Assembly: GCA_944393745.1 (NCBI GenBank) | Contig: CALYBD010000007.1 | Span: 561-64,560, forward strand | Direction: 5' to 3' | DNA from: an uncultured Alphaproteobacteria bacterium | Lineage (GTDB): Bacteria > Pseudomonadota > Alphaproteobacteria > CAAGCB01 > CAG-977 | Length of the DNA stretch: 64,000 nt | Shown: in pieces, positions 20,063 through 30,686 of the stretch | Position numbering within the stretch: position 1 is the first letter of the stretch | Layout: the number at the start of each line of letters is the position of its first letter | Position numbers and translations under genes: made by a program | The notes under the pieces: generated by a model | Told to the model about the DNA's origin: nothing | What the model saw: the letters and a program-made list of their open reading frames with translations, nothing else | Databases searched by the model: none

Positions 20063-20238
20063 ATTTCCTCCCGGTCAATCAGTTGATCCCGTAAAAGTGT
20101 AACGTTTTTTTGAACGATTGAAAATACCGATTCGGCCAGTTGCCGGATAAAAATCCGTTTTCTTTGCCTTTCTGCAATAAAAAAGTTCTTGAACCAACCC
20201 GTTTAACGCATAAAAAAATAACAGAAAAAACAAAGAGA

Positions 20239-20670
20239 TCAATCGGTTTTTTCTGTATCGGATTTTAAAATTTTCAGCGTTGCCGGGTCTTTTATTCCGC
20301 CGAAAAACTTATCCAAGACCGATTTAAAAACGAAAATGTCCGGCGCCGCACATAAAAACAAAGTCATGGAAGAATGCAATTTTAAATCATCGGGATAATC
20401 AAAAACATCGGCAATGTTATCGGTCTTTAACGCCAGCAATGCCGAAGAAATTTCTATTAAACGTTTTCCCAATATCGGGTGGCGGATAAAATCCGCAGCC
20501 TCCTGCAAATCAAGAATGGCATATTTTTGCGCCGTCGCACTGTAACCCAACCCGCGGATCTGCGGAAAAATATACCACATCCAGTGACTTTTCTTGCGTC
20601 CTCGGCGGATTTCGGACAAAGCCGTCGCATAACTTTGTTCCTGAGCCATCATAAAACGATCCAAAGACAA
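20239..20670 (-). CDS. DUF1810 family protein
   Basis: GRKKSHWMWYIFPQIRGLG, HPILGKRL, DDLKLHSSMTLF. Confidence 0.92.
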   Translation of the reverse strand: MSLDRFMMAQEQSYATALSEIRRGRKKSHWMWYIFPQIRGLGYSATAQKYAILDLQEAADFIRHPILGKRLIEISSALLALKTDNIADVFDYPDDLKLHSSMTLFLCAAPDIFVFKSVLDKFFGGIKDPATLKILKSDTEKTD

Positions 20671-20744
20671 ACTGCCCCCTTATCTTCTGTATCCGACTGT
20701 TTTATTTTTACGGATATGCCCATTCATTATCGGTGAAAAAATCT

Positions 20745-22466
20745 TTACCCGCTACAGGCTTTAAAACTTAAATGAAAAACCGTTCCCTTTCCGACAACGC
20801 TTTCCACATGAACTGACCCGCCGCAGTTTTCTATGATCGTTTTAACAATGGACAATCCCAACCCTGTCCCCGTATTAAAAGAATCCGACAAACCCTTTGA
20901 AAAAAACGGTTCAAAAATACGCGACAGATTTTCCGGTTCTATTCCGACGCCCGTATCGGCAAAATCAACTTTAATCCGATCTTTGTCGGCAAACAGCTGA
21001 ATTGTCATTTTTCCGCCGTTCGGCATGGCATGAAAAGCGTTTTGCATCAAATTAACCGTCATCATGCGCATCTCCGCATCTGCTGCCAAAATAAGCGCCG
21101 GTTTGTCAGATTCCCTGATTTGAACTTCAATGCCTGTTTTTTTAGCTTCATATTCCAACAAACACGCCGTTTCGGTAATGACTTCGTTTAAATCAACCGG
21201 CTGATATTCTTTTTCGGGCTTTCTGGATAATTTCAGCAAACGCGATGTCACATTAATACAAAAGCTGATTTGTTCGTTGACCAACTCCAAATAACGCTTC
21301 AGTTCCTCTTCTTTCAGGGGTTTTTTTTCAATTTTATCTAAAATATTTTCCAAAACCAAGCGCACCGACCCTAACGGATTGCGCATTTCATGAGCAACCG
21401 AACTGGCCAGCATTCCGACAGCAGACAGTTTTTGCTGATGAGAAAATAAAATTGCTTTATCCAGCGGACGGATCAGCTCTATAACCCACAACACCTGCCC
21501 GTTTTCGGTTTGGTGGTAAGAGGCGGCGGCCGAAACTTCCATAAACCGTTCCCGCCCGTCTTTATCGATATAACGCTGAATTAAATTAACCGGACGGTCC
21601 GGAGATTCTTTTAACAGCAACAACGGACACGGATTTTGTTCGTTGCGACACGGTTCGGAATATCCGCAGACGTTGAAGCACTTTTTTCCGGTAAAATCGG
21701 AAATCTGTTCGTTCATTTTTTCATAGGATAAATTGGTCAGAATAATATTGTAATTTTCATCCAACACGCGTATTCCGTCCGGAATCGTATTGATTAAATT
21801 TTGCAAAAATTCTTTGTTTTCTTCAATATCCTGAATGGATTTCTGGATATTTTCAGCCATTTGGTTAAAATCGCGAGCCAGCAAATCCAGTTCGTCCTGT
21901 TTGGAAAAACGAGGCAAAACCGGCACACGAAAAGTAAAATCGCCCGAAGAAATATGATGCGTTGCTTCCAACAGGTTTTCAACGGGCCTTAGCACCCAGC
22001 GTCGAACGATCAGCCATAACAGTTCCAAAATGACAAAGACAAATAAAAATCCCAAAAAAATGAAAAAGCCCAATTGTTTGACTTTGTTATTGCGTTCGTT
22101 TGCGCCTTTCATATCGCGCAACAGCTCCTGACGAATAACAAAATGGCGGTCGTCCAGAGGTTTTAAATGAAACGCATCGTTCTGATCATTCCATAATTTT
22201 GATATTGTATCCGTTTCGGGCGTATTAAGCTGATTGTACATTTCGGCAACGGCCCGGCGCAAACGCATATTTTCATCGAATAATTCATACAAAGCCTCTG
22301 CTTTTTTTCTGCTGATTTCGGATTCTCGATCCAGCTGCCTGACGTAACTGAGCATAAACGTTGACAACAGCACGGAACAAATGCCGGCGACACTTAAAAA
22401 CAAAAACAGAAAAATCTTTGCATTCAAACTGAAAAAAATTTTATTTTTTTTCGAATCGTTCGCCAT
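20745..22466 (-). CDS. Sensor histidine kinase (2 TM, HAMP, PAS, HisKA, HATPase)
   Basis: H-box VAHEMRNPL, N-box NLMQNAFHA, DTGVGI, FEPFFS, GTGLGL; DELDLLARDFNQM HAMP. Confidence 0.92.
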   Translation of the reverse strand: MANDSKKNKIFFSLNAKIFLFLFLSVAGICSVLLSTFMLSYVRQLDRESEISRKKAEALYELFDENMRLRRAVAEMYNQLNTPETDTISKLWNDQNDAFHLKPLDDRHFVIRQELLRDMKGANERNNKVKQLGFFIFLGFLFVFVILELLWLIVRRWVLRPVENLLEATHHISSGDFTFRVPVLPRFSKQDELDLLARDFNQMAENIQKSIQDIEENKEFLQNLINTIPDGIRVLDENYNIILTNLSYEKMNEQISDFTGKKCFNVCGYSEPCRNEQNPCPLLLLKESPDRPVNLIQRYIDKDGRERFMEVSAAASYHQTENGQVLWVIELIRPLDKAILFSHQQKLSAVGMLASSVAHEMRNPLGSVRLVLENILDKIEKKPLKEEELKRYLELVNEQISFCINVTSRLLKLSRKPEKEYQPVDLNEVITETACLLEYEAKKTGIEVQIRESDKPALILAADAEMRMMTVNLMQNAFHAMPNGGKMTIQLFADKDRIKVDFADTGVGIEPENLSRIFEPFFSKGLSDSFNTGTGLGLSIVKTIIENCGGSVHVESVVGKGTVFHLSFKACSG

Positions 22467-22495
22467 AAGAAAAACCCTTTACAGAAAACAATTTT

Positions 22496-23050
22496 TTAAA
22501 AGATATCATTTTTTTGCACTTTTTTCCATTGTCCGGGATTTAATCCGTCCAAAGTCAACCGGCCGATTGCAGTACGCACCAGACGCAACGTCGGAAACCC
22601 GACGGCCGCGGTCATGCGACGTACCTGCCTGTTTTTTCCTTCGGTCAACGTCAAACGGATCCAAGACGTCGGAATATTTTTCCGAAAGCGAATGGGAGGA
22701 TTTCGTTCGGGCAGATCCGGCGAATCCTGTAAAATTTCCGCCTGACACGGCTTTGTTTTATATCCGCGGATAACAACGCCCCGACATAAAGTTTCCAATG
22801 CTGCCGGCGTTATTGTCCCGTCCAGCTGAGCCAAATAAGAACGCGGATGAGCAAAAACAGGATCAAGCAATTTTTTAATCAGCCTGCCGTCATCGGTCAA
22901 CAACAACAGTCCTTCGCTGTCATGATCCAGTCGTCCGGCGGCATAAATACCCGACGGCAAATGAAATCCGGCCAGACCTTTATGACCCGATTCGGCGCTA
23001 AACTGACTGAGATATCCGTACGGTTTATAAAAAGCAACGTATTGAAACAT
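22496..23050 (-). CDS. rluE: RsuA-family pseudouridine synthase (RluE-like)
   Basis: AGRLDHDSEGLLLLT, EGKNRQVRRM, GFPTLRLVR. Confidence 0.85.
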   Translation of the reverse strand: MFQYVAFYKPYGYLSQFSAESGHKGLAGFHLPSGIYAAGRLDHDSEGLLLLTDDGRLIKKLLDPVFAHPRSYLAQLDGTITPAALETLCRGVVIRGYKTKPCQAEILQDSPDLPERNPPIRFRKNIPTSWIRLTLTEGKNRQVRRMTAAVGFPTLRLVRTAIGRLTLDGLNPGQWKKVQKNDIF

Positions 23051-23107
23051 TCCTTAATCCCTTATAGACTCTTTTGTTCAGATTAGAAATTTTCGGATTG
23101 AAAAGCA

Positions 23108-23623
23108 ATGCGGCGTTTATCTCTTTCTTTTTTTAACCGTCCGACCGTTACGGTGGCGCAGGAACTGTTGGGAAAAGAAATCTTTTTTAAAGGACAACGG
23201 GCTCTTATTACCGAAACGGAAGCCTATGTCGGGGAAGACGATCCCGCCTGTCACGCCGCGCGCGGGAAAACGAAGCGAACGGCGGTTATGTACGGACGGG
23301 CCGGATTTTCTTACGTTTATCTGATTTATGGTATGTATTACTGTTTGAATTTCGTCACCCAGAAAGAAGGCTTTCCTGCCGCCGTGCTGATCAGAGCCGT
23401 CCGCATAAACGGTATTCCCGATAAAAAGCTGAACGGCCCCGGCAAACTTTGTCGTTTTTTGGGGATTACAACGGAGCATAACAACATTGATCTGTTAAGT
23501 TCTGACGAATTTTTTGTTTCAGACACGGGGTTATCCCTGCCTTTTATTGCAACGCCGCGGATCGGCATTTCATCGGGACAGGAAAAAGAATGGCGGTTTC
23601 TGGCTCAGTTTTCCAAAGAATAA
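23108..23623 (+). CDS. mpg: DNA-3-methyladenine glycosylase (MPG/AAG family)
   Basis: [36 protein letters not shown]. Confidence 0.93.
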   Translation: MRRLSLSFFNRPTVTVAQELLGKEIFFKGQRALITETEAYVGEDDPACHAARGKTKRTAVMYGRAGFSYVYLIYGMYYCLNFVTQKEGFPAAVLIRAVRINGIPDKKLNGPGKLCRFLGITTEHNNIDLLSSDEFFVSDTGLSLPFIATPRIGISSGQEKEWRFLAQFSKE

Positions 23624-23961
23624 AGGTCGGGAACATTTTCCCGGGGCAAAGAAACGTATTGGCAAAACTGTCCCATTGCGTCGCAAGGGGCGGTATAAAA
23701 AAACGTGTTGTCATTTTCAATACCGGGCGCCTGAATGTAATATTCGGCGTATCCTAAATTCATAACATTTTCTCGGGCAACATTTACGGACGCTTCGATT
23801 CCCGAAGAACAAGTAAACGGCATCGTCCAGATGTCTGCGTTTAACGACCACTGTCCGTAGCTTTGAACAAATTCATACGGTTCGTTGCATTCCGGCGGAC
23901 GATCTTGCGCCATTGCCGAGCAAACGAACAAAAACGACAGAATAAAAACGATTCCTTTCAT
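23605..23961 (-). CDS. Hypothetical secreted protein with 4 Cys in the mature part
   Basis: Signal peptide [18 protein letters not shown]; no family recognised. Confidence 0.6.
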   Translation of the reverse strand: MKGIVFILSFLFVCSAMAQDRPPECNEPYEFVQSYGQWSLNADIWTMPFTCSSGIEASVNVARENVMNLGYAEYYIQAPGIENDNTFFYTAPCDAMGQFCQYVSLPRENVPDLYSLEN

Positions 23962-24039
23962 GACTTTTCCTTTTCTTTTCACCCGTTCCTATTTTAAAAT
24001 ACCTCTTGATTTTGAACAGCTGTTTAAAAGGATAGCGTT

Positions 24040-24813
24040 ATGATTGACGCTCATATTCATTTGCAGGACGAACGTTTTGACGCCGACCGCGACGATCTGA
24101 TCAGACAAGCAAAAAATAAAGGCGTAACGGCTTTTTTCTGCGCCTCGACATGCCCGCGGGACGCCCGAAACGTCATCGAACTGGCACAAAAACATGCCCG
24201 CATTATTCCTTTTATCGGTACGCATCCGTGGTTTTCCGACGAATACGATCCGCAGGATTTTGAAACGTTGCTGAAAAACTATTCTCATGCCGGCATCGGA
24301 GAAATCGGCCTGGACGGCCTGCGCGGACAATCAAATCAAGAATTTGTTTTTCAGGATCAGCTGAACATTGCCGCCCGTCTGAACCGTCCCTGTGTCATTC
24401 ACTGCGTCAAATCGTTTGATCCTGTCGCCCGAATCATCAAACAAACAAAAAAACTGCCGCCCGCTTTATTGCTGCACGGCTTTTCGGGAACAAAACAGCA
24501 GGCGGATTTCTTTTTACGCTGCAATGCGTACTTTTCCTTTTCGGGATCGGCTTTATTTGATCGGCACACAAAAATACAAACGTTAATTTCCGTTTTGCCC
24601 GCAGACAGAATTTTAATCGAAACTGATGCGCCGGACATGCGTCCGCCCGATCAATTTTGCATTAACCGCGAAGAAAAACGCAACGTCCCCGAAAATCTGG
24701 CCTTGATTATTCAGGGAATTGCCGCCATAAAAAACATCGACGTTTCTTCATTCACGGCGATTTTGGATCAAAATGCGCAACGTTTTTTGTCGGGGTTAAA
24801 CTATGGTCAGTGA
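24040..24813 (+). CDS. tatD: TatD family nuclease
   Basis: IDAHIHL, GEIGLD, IHC, LIETDAP. Confidence 0.92.
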   Translation: MIDAHIHLQDERFDADRDDLIRQAKNKGVTAFFCASTCPRDARNVIELAQKHARIIPFIGTHPWFSDEYDPQDFETLLKNYSHAGIGEIGLDGLRGQSNQEFVFQDQLNIAARLNRPCVIHCVKSFDPVARIIKQTKKLPPALLLHGFSGTKQQADFFLRCNAYFSFSGSALFDRHTKIQTLISVLPADRILIETDAPDMRPPDQFCINREEKRNVPENLALIIQGIAAIKNIDVSSFTAILDQNAQRFLSGLNYGQ

Positions 24814-25546
24814 TCAATTTACGCGTCTGCGTCTGCTGATCGGCGACGAAGGCATACAAAAACTGCAGAATGCTTTTGTTATTGTTGCCGGACTGGGCGC
24901 TGTCGGCAGCTATGCCGTCGAAGCATTGGCGCGCGCGGGAATCGGCCGGTTGCGCCTGATTGACAGCGATACCGTCAGCCTCAGCAATTTAAACAGACAG
25001 CTGTTTGCTTTGCATTCCACGATCGGACGACCCAAAACGGAAATTGCTGCCCTGCGCGTCCGCGATATCAATCCCGCCTGTCAAACGGAACTGCATCAAA
25101 AATTCATCAAGGCCGATTCAATTCCCGGACTGTTTTCGGGAAAGCCCGATTTCGTTATTGACGCTATCGATTCTTTGAATCCCAAAACGGATTTGATCGC
25201 TTATCTGTACGAAAACAAGATTCCTTTTATCTCTTCAATGGGGGCGGCGTTAAGAACCGATCCCCGTTTTATCGCCGTTGACAAAATGGCCAAAGTCACG
25301 CATTGCCGTCTGGCCTATATGCTGCGCAAACGCCTGCGCCGCAGAGGAATTGCCTTAGATTTTCCTTGCGTGTATTCTTCTCAGCCGCGCGACGGCATTC
25401 CCGCGCCGCAATACAGCGAAGAAAACGAACAGATCCCCGGACCGGGACGTGACAGAGTTGTCATGGGCAGTCTGCCGACCATTACGGGCATTTTCGGTTT
25501 AACGCTGGCGAATTATGTGATTTGCCGCCTTTATCAGGCTAATTAA
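24803..25546 (+). CDS. tcdA: tRNA threonylcarbamoyladenosine dehydratase (ThiF/E1 family)
   Basis: GLGAVGS, SNLNRQ, IDAIDS, ISSMGA, CVYSSQ. Confidence 0.9.
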   Translation: MVSDQFTRLRLLIGDEGIQKLQNAFVIVAGLGAVGSYAVEALARAGIGRLRLIDSDTVSLSNLNRQLFALHSTIGRPKTEIAALRVRDINPACQTELHQKFIKADSIPGLFSGKPDFVIDAIDSLNPKTDLIAYLYENKIPFISSMGAALRTDPRFIAVDKMAKVTHCRLAYMLRKRLRRRGIALDFPCVYSSQPRDGIPAPQYSEENEQIPGPGRDRVVMGSLPTITGIFGLTLANYVICRLYQAN

Positions 25547-26315
25547 CCAGTCTGGGCCAGATATTGACCCACCCTTTGTTATGTGACGCATTCGGCACGA
25601 TAATAATCTCTGCCTGACTGTTTGATCCCAAAGAATAAACAAAGTTTTCCGTTAAAGAAGAAGGAACCGTTTTATCGGCACCGCCGGAATAGTGCACCTG
25701 CTTGATCCGGGCTAATTTTTGTTTGTAATCCGCAGGATTCAAAGATCCTTTTAAAGGCGAATCTTTATGAAAAGACGTCCAAGCCTTATGATCCAGTACG
25801 CCGGCGACCGTCATGACTTTGGATACGGTCGGCATGCGAATTGCGACCAACAAAGCAACGGCAGCGCCGCCCGAATAACCGACCAGTTCTGCCGACGGTG
25901 CCTGATATTGCTTCATCAGTTTGCGCACGGCCTCTTCGACAGAGGTAATCACTTTCGGATCAAAACGGCCGTTCGTCCAATAATACGGCCGACATTCGCG
26001 CGAAGAAACATACTGACACGGCCGTCCTAAATAAATGACATTGGCGAACGGATCTTTCTGCGCCAGATTTAAGCCTGTCGTTTCGGACGGGGTCGGATCG
26101 GCAGACGGCGTATACGGATTAACCCAGGCAAAACCGTCGCCTTCGATATAAATGCGAATCAAGCGACCTTTTTGCTTCACACGTGCCCAGGAAGCCAAAG
26201 AAAAATTTTCCGTTTTAATTTCCTGATACGAAAAACCTTCGGGACGAGGCAAAGAAGAACATCCGCCAATCCCGATTATCAGAAATATGAAAAAAAACAA
26301 TTGCCTTAACATCAC
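25539..26315 (-). CDS. Alpha/beta hydrolase lipoprotein
   Basis: Lipobox IGGC, IYIEGDG, GYSGG nucleophile elbow, AGVLDH. Confidence 0.85.
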   Translation of the reverse strand: MMLRQLFFFIFLIIGIGGCSSLPRPEGFSYQEIKTENFSLASWARVKQKGRLIRIYIEGDGFAWVNPYTPSADPTPSETTGLNLAQKDPFANVIYLGRPCQYVSSRECRPYYWTNGRFDPKVITSVEEAVRKLMKQYQAPSAELVGYSGGAAVALLVAIRMPTVSKVMTVAGVLDHKAWTSFHKDSPLKGSLNPADYKQKLARIKQVHYSGGADKTVPSSLTENFVYSLGSNSQAEIIIVPNASHNKGWVNIWPRLVN

Positions 26316-26398
26316 TTTTTAACCGTTTTTTTGTAAAAAGAAGAGATATTTTATTAAACTTATTATACATATAAATTACTTTTGTCACAGGAGAAACC

Positions 26399-27091
26399 GT
26401 GAAAAATTATCTTTCGGAATTTATTGGTACTTTCGGATTTGTTTTTATCGGCTGCGGCGCCGTTGTTTTTGCCGCGCCGTTTATCGGTTATCTGGGCATT
26501 GCCATGGCTTTCGGCTTGGCGTACGGCGCAATGGGATTGGCGTTCAAAGACGGCCATTTTAATCCGGCCGTTACGATTGCCGCCGCTTTATCCAAACAAT
26601 TTTACGCTAAAAACATTTGGTTTACTTTAATTAAAACAGCCGGGTATGTTTTTGTGCAAACAGCCGGTGCCTGTGCTGCCGTCTATCTGATTTATTATAT
26701 TTATTCGGGCAAAACGGGATATGTATATCAGGGATCTCCGGACGCCAATATCATTGAACGTTACAGTATTTCCGCCGCCTTTTGTCTGGAAGTCATTTTA
26801 AACTTTTTATTTTTATGCGTTTTTTTGGGAAACACGGCCTGTTCCGGCAAACGAGCCGTTGCCTGCGGGTTGTTTATCACCGCGGCATTTCTGTTGTCCT
26901 ATCCGGTAACCAAAGGTGCCATAAATCCGGCCCGGACAACGGCATCGGCGCTGTTCGGCGGCGAAAAGGCTTTGGCGCAACTGCCTGTTTATTGGGCAGC
27001 CTCGTTAACGGCCGCCCTGATTGCCGGCATGGCTTACCGCCCGTTTTCTAAACGCGACAAAACCTCTTCACAAGACATCAGTGCGTCATAA
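26399..27091 (+). CDS. aqpZ: Aquaporin (MIP family)
   Basis: Two NPA boxes: HFNPAVT and INPART; SEFIGTF. Confidence 0.85.
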   Translation: MKNYLSEFIGTFGFVFIGCGAVVFAAPFIGYLGIAMAFGLAYGAMGLAFKDGHFNPAVTIAAALSKQFYAKNIWFTLIKTAGYVFVQTAGACAAVYLIYYIYSGKTGYVYQGSPDANIIERYSISAAFCLEVILNFLFLCVFLGNTACSGKRAVACGLFITAAFLLSYPVTKGAINPARTTASALFGGEKALAQLPVYWAASLTAALIAGMAYRPFSKRDKTSSQDISAS

Positions 27092-27965
27092 ACAACGCAA
27101 TATCCGCATTATCAATCAGATATTTTGTCATGCTGCCTAAAATCCAGCGGCGCATGGTACTTTGCGTAAAAGCCCCTGTCACCAACAAATCAAAACGCCC
27201 GCAGGCCTGCCGGACAATTTCGGCTCCTTTGGCCGAAACAGAGGCTGTTTCGGGGATTTTGACAATTTCTGCCTGAACGCCGTGCCAGGCCAAACGACGC
27301 GCCAAAGCTTTTGCATCTGCCCATATTTCATTAGGCTGATCCGTTTCCAGAACAACAACTTCTTCGGCCCGGGTCAAAAACGGCATTGCTAACGTAACGG
27401 CTTTAGCGGCCTCTTCGGTAGCGTCCCAGACAATAATCACCCGCTTACCGATCGTCTGCGGAACCTGACGCGGCGCAATTAGAATTGCCGACCCGCTTTC
27501 CATCAGCGCCGCATTTAAAACGGCCAGAGAATCTCTGGCAGAAGGCGATTCCGTTTCCGGACGCGCCAACACCGTTAAGTCCGATACGCGCGAACACCAG
27601 GCAATGACTTCGTCTTCACAACCGAATATTTCACGAAACTGCGCCGTAATTTCTTTTAAACCCGTCTGCGGTTCCGTTTTCGGCAGCAAACCGTGTTCTT
27701 CCACAAACTTTTCAAAAATAACGCGCATTTCATCGGCATTTTCGGCAAAAGCTTTTTCTTCCGCCCGGACGACATCGTTGACGACAAAGCCGGCCATATC
27801 CGCACTGACGACTGGAACGGGCAAAATACACGACGGTTCCAGATGAACATGAAAAACGTCCAGATGAGCATTGAATTTTTTTGCAATCAACAATGCCGTT
27901 TGCAAAACGGATTCTGACATCTGAACACTGTCAAGCTGAACCAAAATATCTTTAAAAGCGTTCAT
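27078..27965 (-). CDS. Universal stress protein (tandem USP domains)
   Basis: ILVQLD, VIIVWDATEEA, LLVTGAF...ILGSMT. Confidence 0.9.
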   Translation of the reverse strand: MNAFKDILVQLDSVQMSESVLQTALLIAKKFNAHLDVFHVHLEPSCILPVPVVSADMAGFVVNDVVRAEEKAFAENADEMRVIFEKFVEEHGLLPKTEPQTGLKEITAQFREIFGCEDEVIAWCSRVSDLTVLARPETESPSARDSLAVLNAALMESGSAILIAPRQVPQTIGKRVIIVWDATEEAAKAVTLAMPFLTRAEEVVVLETDQPNEIWADAKALARRLAWHGVQAEIVKIPETASVSAKGAEIVRQACGRFDLLVTGAFTQSTMRRWILGSMTKYLIDNADIALFMTH

Positions 27966-27983
27966 TTTATTTCCCCCGAACAG

Positions 27984-29549
27984 CTAGGTTTTATCGGCCA
28001 AAAGCGTACGTACGCGCGTTAATGTTGCCATACGATCGCCGGACGTATCGATTTTTTCCCACGTAATCGGTCCGACATCAATATCCAGCTGACGTTTTAA
28101 TTCATCGGCTGTTGTTACGTCTGACGGATTGCGCTTGCGTGAAGCCACGCGCTGTATTCTGATTTCCAGCGGCGCATCAACCCACAACCCTTGAAAATCG
28201 ACATTCATTTCCCGCGCCAGTTCTTCAATTGCGCGGCGGCGGCTTTCTTCGTGAAACAAAGCATCTGCCACAACAGACTGTCCGGCGCTTAAAACCCGGC
28301 GACATTCGGCACACAGCAGATCAAATACTTTATCTTCCAATTCCGGCGTATATCCCGACGGATCAAGATGTTCTTCCAATTCCGTATTTAACAGATTTTT
28401 GCGTAAAACATCATCGCGCAGAATAACCGCACCGGGCGGATTACCGATAAAGGGCGCGGACTCACGGGCTATTCGCGATTTTCCGCTGCCCGACAAACCG
28501 CCGCAAGCAACCAAAATCGGTTTCGGCTGTTCCAAAAAACGTTTGGCAATAACCAGTTGTTCATAGGCTCTGTTTGCCATCAAGGCAGCTTCGTGTTTGT
28601 CCTTTATTTCCGCAGAACGCTGAGCAAACACATACGCATTGACCGCCGCACGGCATGATAAAAACAACGGCAGGACGGGAATACCTTCCCAGTCTGCCGA
28701 CAGAGCCATATAATGATTGAACAAAATACTGGCCAGACGGCGCTGCCCCTTGCTTTCCATTTCAACCAGCAGAAACGAAAAGTCATACAACGTATCGATC
28801 TGTGTTAAGTCATCATAAAATTCAATCGGATTGAACGGGACGACACGTCCGTTCCACATGGCCAGATTGCGCAAAGTCAAATCCCCGTGACACCAGCGGA
28901 TTTTGCCGTCCGCCTGTCTTTTCAACAGCAGATCCCTGTTTTTTTCCAGAGCGTCCAGCTGCGCTTTTTCCAAAGCGTCAACGTCTTCGCCGTCAAAAAT
29001 ATCGGGCACAAAACAGCGGATCATCGCATTGTTTTCATAAATACGCCCCCTGATAATGTCCACCGGATTGCGGGTCATAATGACTTCGGCGTTTCGATGC
29101 AGATCAAAAATCTTTTCGGCCGTATCCATCATTTCAAAACGATCCAAATCGCCGCGTTCCACCATATTTTCGAACAGCATGCTTTCTTCAAATTCCTGCA
29201 TGACCAGCAGGTAATCAATGACTTCCGCATTTTTGTCCGAACACGCCGAACGAATAAAAATTCGGCCTTTTTTATCCGTCACGACTTCTTCAACGCCGAA
29301 ACACAGCCCCGGCGCGAAACGATTGCAGATTTCCAGTTCTTTTTGGCAGGCAGCCAGACGTTTTTGCGGCGTTGAATAATCGACATACGGATATTTTACG
29401 CCGCGTTTAAGTTTATAAGCCTTTTCCCCCGTCAAAAAAACGTCCGAAATATTCGTTTCTTTCACCGTGATTTTCTGAGACGATTTCAAACCGAACGCTT
29501 CCGGTGAAGACAAAGCCTCAATCAAGGCGGACTGATCGTCAATCAGCAT
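27984..29549 (-). CDS. Bifunctional APH-like kinase / AAA_33 P-loop kinase (Rv2004c-like)
   Basis: ETNISDVFL..AYKLKR, HGDLTLRN, IEF..D, GLSGSGKS, LRDDVLRK. Confidence 0.88.
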   Translation of the reverse strand: MLIDDQSALIEALSSPEAFGLKSSQKITVKETNISDVFLTGEKAYKLKRGVKYPYVDYSTPQKRLAACQKELEICNRFAPGLCFGVEEVVTDKKGRIFIRSACSDKNAEVIDYLLVMQEFEESMLFENMVERGDLDRFEMMDTAEKIFDLHRNAEVIMTRNPVDIIRGRIYENNAMIRCFVPDIFDGEDVDALEKAQLDALEKNRDLLLKRQADGKIRWCHGDLTLRNLAMWNGRVVPFNPIEFYDDLTQIDTLYDFSFLLVEMESKGQRRLASILFNHYMALSADWEGIPVLPLFLSCRAAVNAYVFAQRSAEIKDKHEAALMANRAYEQLVIAKRFLEQPKPILVACGGLSGSGKSRIARESAPFIGNPPGAVILRDDVLRKNLLNTELEEHLDPSGYTPELEDKVFDLLCAECRRVLSAGQSVVADALFHEESRRRAIEELAREMNVDFQGLWVDAPLEIRIQRVASRKRNPSDVTTADELKRQLDIDVGPITWEKIDTSGDRMATLTRVRTLLADKT

Positions 29550-29567
29550 CGGGCAATACTCCTTTTA

Positions 29568-30659
29568 TTAATCCGGTTTATGCGACGGGTTGACATTACG
29601 CAGGTTCTGCGGCTGGCTGGCCAAAGAAGAATTAAACTGCTGTGTCACACGAACAAAAGTCGTGCGTTTGCTTAATTCTTTCAGCGTTACGGCGCCGACA
29701 TAAGTGCACGTCGAACGCACGCCGCCCAGAATTTCTTTGACCGTGTTTTCCAAAGCGCCTTTGTATTCCACCAAAACGGTGCGGCCTTCGCTGGCACGAT
29801 AATCGGCAACGCCGCCGGAATACTTTTCCATGGCGGTATCAGAGCTCATGCCGTAAAAGCGGCGGTATTTTTTACCCGTGTCTTCGTCAATAACCAGATC
29901 GCCGCCGGATTCGTCATGACCGGCAAACATACCGCCCAGCATAACAAAATCCGCCCCGGCGCCGAAAGCTTTGGACACATCGCCCGGACACGTACAGCCG
30001 CCGTCGCCGATAATCAATCCGCCCAATCCGTGCGCCGCATCGGCACATTCGATAATCGCGGACAACTGCGGATAACCGACGCCCGTCTGAATACGCGTCG
30101 TGCAGACTGATCCCGGACCGATGCCGACCTTAACGATATCTGCCCCCGACAGAATTAATTCTTCGGTCATTTCGCCCGTTACAACATTGCCGGCAATGAT
30201 TGTCATTTCCGGGAAATTTTCGCGGACTTTGCGGACATATTCAACAAAGTGCTGGGAATATCCGTTTGCCACGTCAATGCAGATAAACTGAATGGCCGGA
30301 TTTTCCTTGCAGATTCGGAACAGACGTTCATAGTCCTTGTCCGACGTGCCCGAAGTAATTGCCAGATAATTATAATCTTCCGGCGGGCAATTGGTGTTAA
30401 AGTCATGCCATTCTTCCTTTGTATAATGTTTTTGAATACACGTAAACATATGGAATCGCTTTAAAACATTAAACACCTCGAACCGGCCGACCGTATCCAT
30501 ATTTGCCGCCATGATCGGAACGCCCGTCCATGTTTTTTTCGAATTTCTGAATACAAACGTTCTGTTCAGATCGACTTCGGAACGCGAACGCAGCGTGCTG
30601 CGTTTCGGACGGAACAGCACATCTTTGAAATCCAGTTTTATATCTTCTTCAATTCTCAT
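29568..30659 (-). CDS. guaC: GMP reductase (type 1)
   Basis: [39 protein letters not shown]. Confidence 0.96.
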   Translation of the reverse strand: MRIEEDIKLDFKDVLFRPKRSTLRSRSEVDLNRTFVFRNSKKTWTGVPIMAANMDTVGRFEVFNVLKRFHMFTCIQKHYTKEEWHDFNTNCPPEDYNYLAITSGTSDKDYERLFRICKENPAIQFICIDVANGYSQHFVEYVRKVRENFPEMTIIAGNVVTGEMTEELILSGADIVKVGIGPGSVCTTRIQTGVGYPQLSAIIECADAAHGLGGLIIGDGGCTCPGDVSKAFGAGADFVMLGGMFAGHDESGGDLVIDEDTGKKYRRFYGMSSDTAMEKYSGGVADYRASEGRTVLVEYKGALENTVKEILGGVRSTCTYVGAVTLKELSKRTTFVRVTQQFNSSLASQPQNLRNVNPSHKPD

Positions 30660-30686
30660 TTTATTCTCCTTAAAACGGATACGGGA

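Noticed and set aside
20063-20238. Possible purine riboswitch upstream of the NCS2 permease
   Set aside because: No purine-riboswitch core motifs or terminator seen on the minus strand.
23108-24813. mpg and tatD near each other as a possible DNA-repair or defence cluster
   Set aside because: Both are common housekeeping genes, separated by an unrelated opposite-strand ORF; no compositional anomaly noticed.
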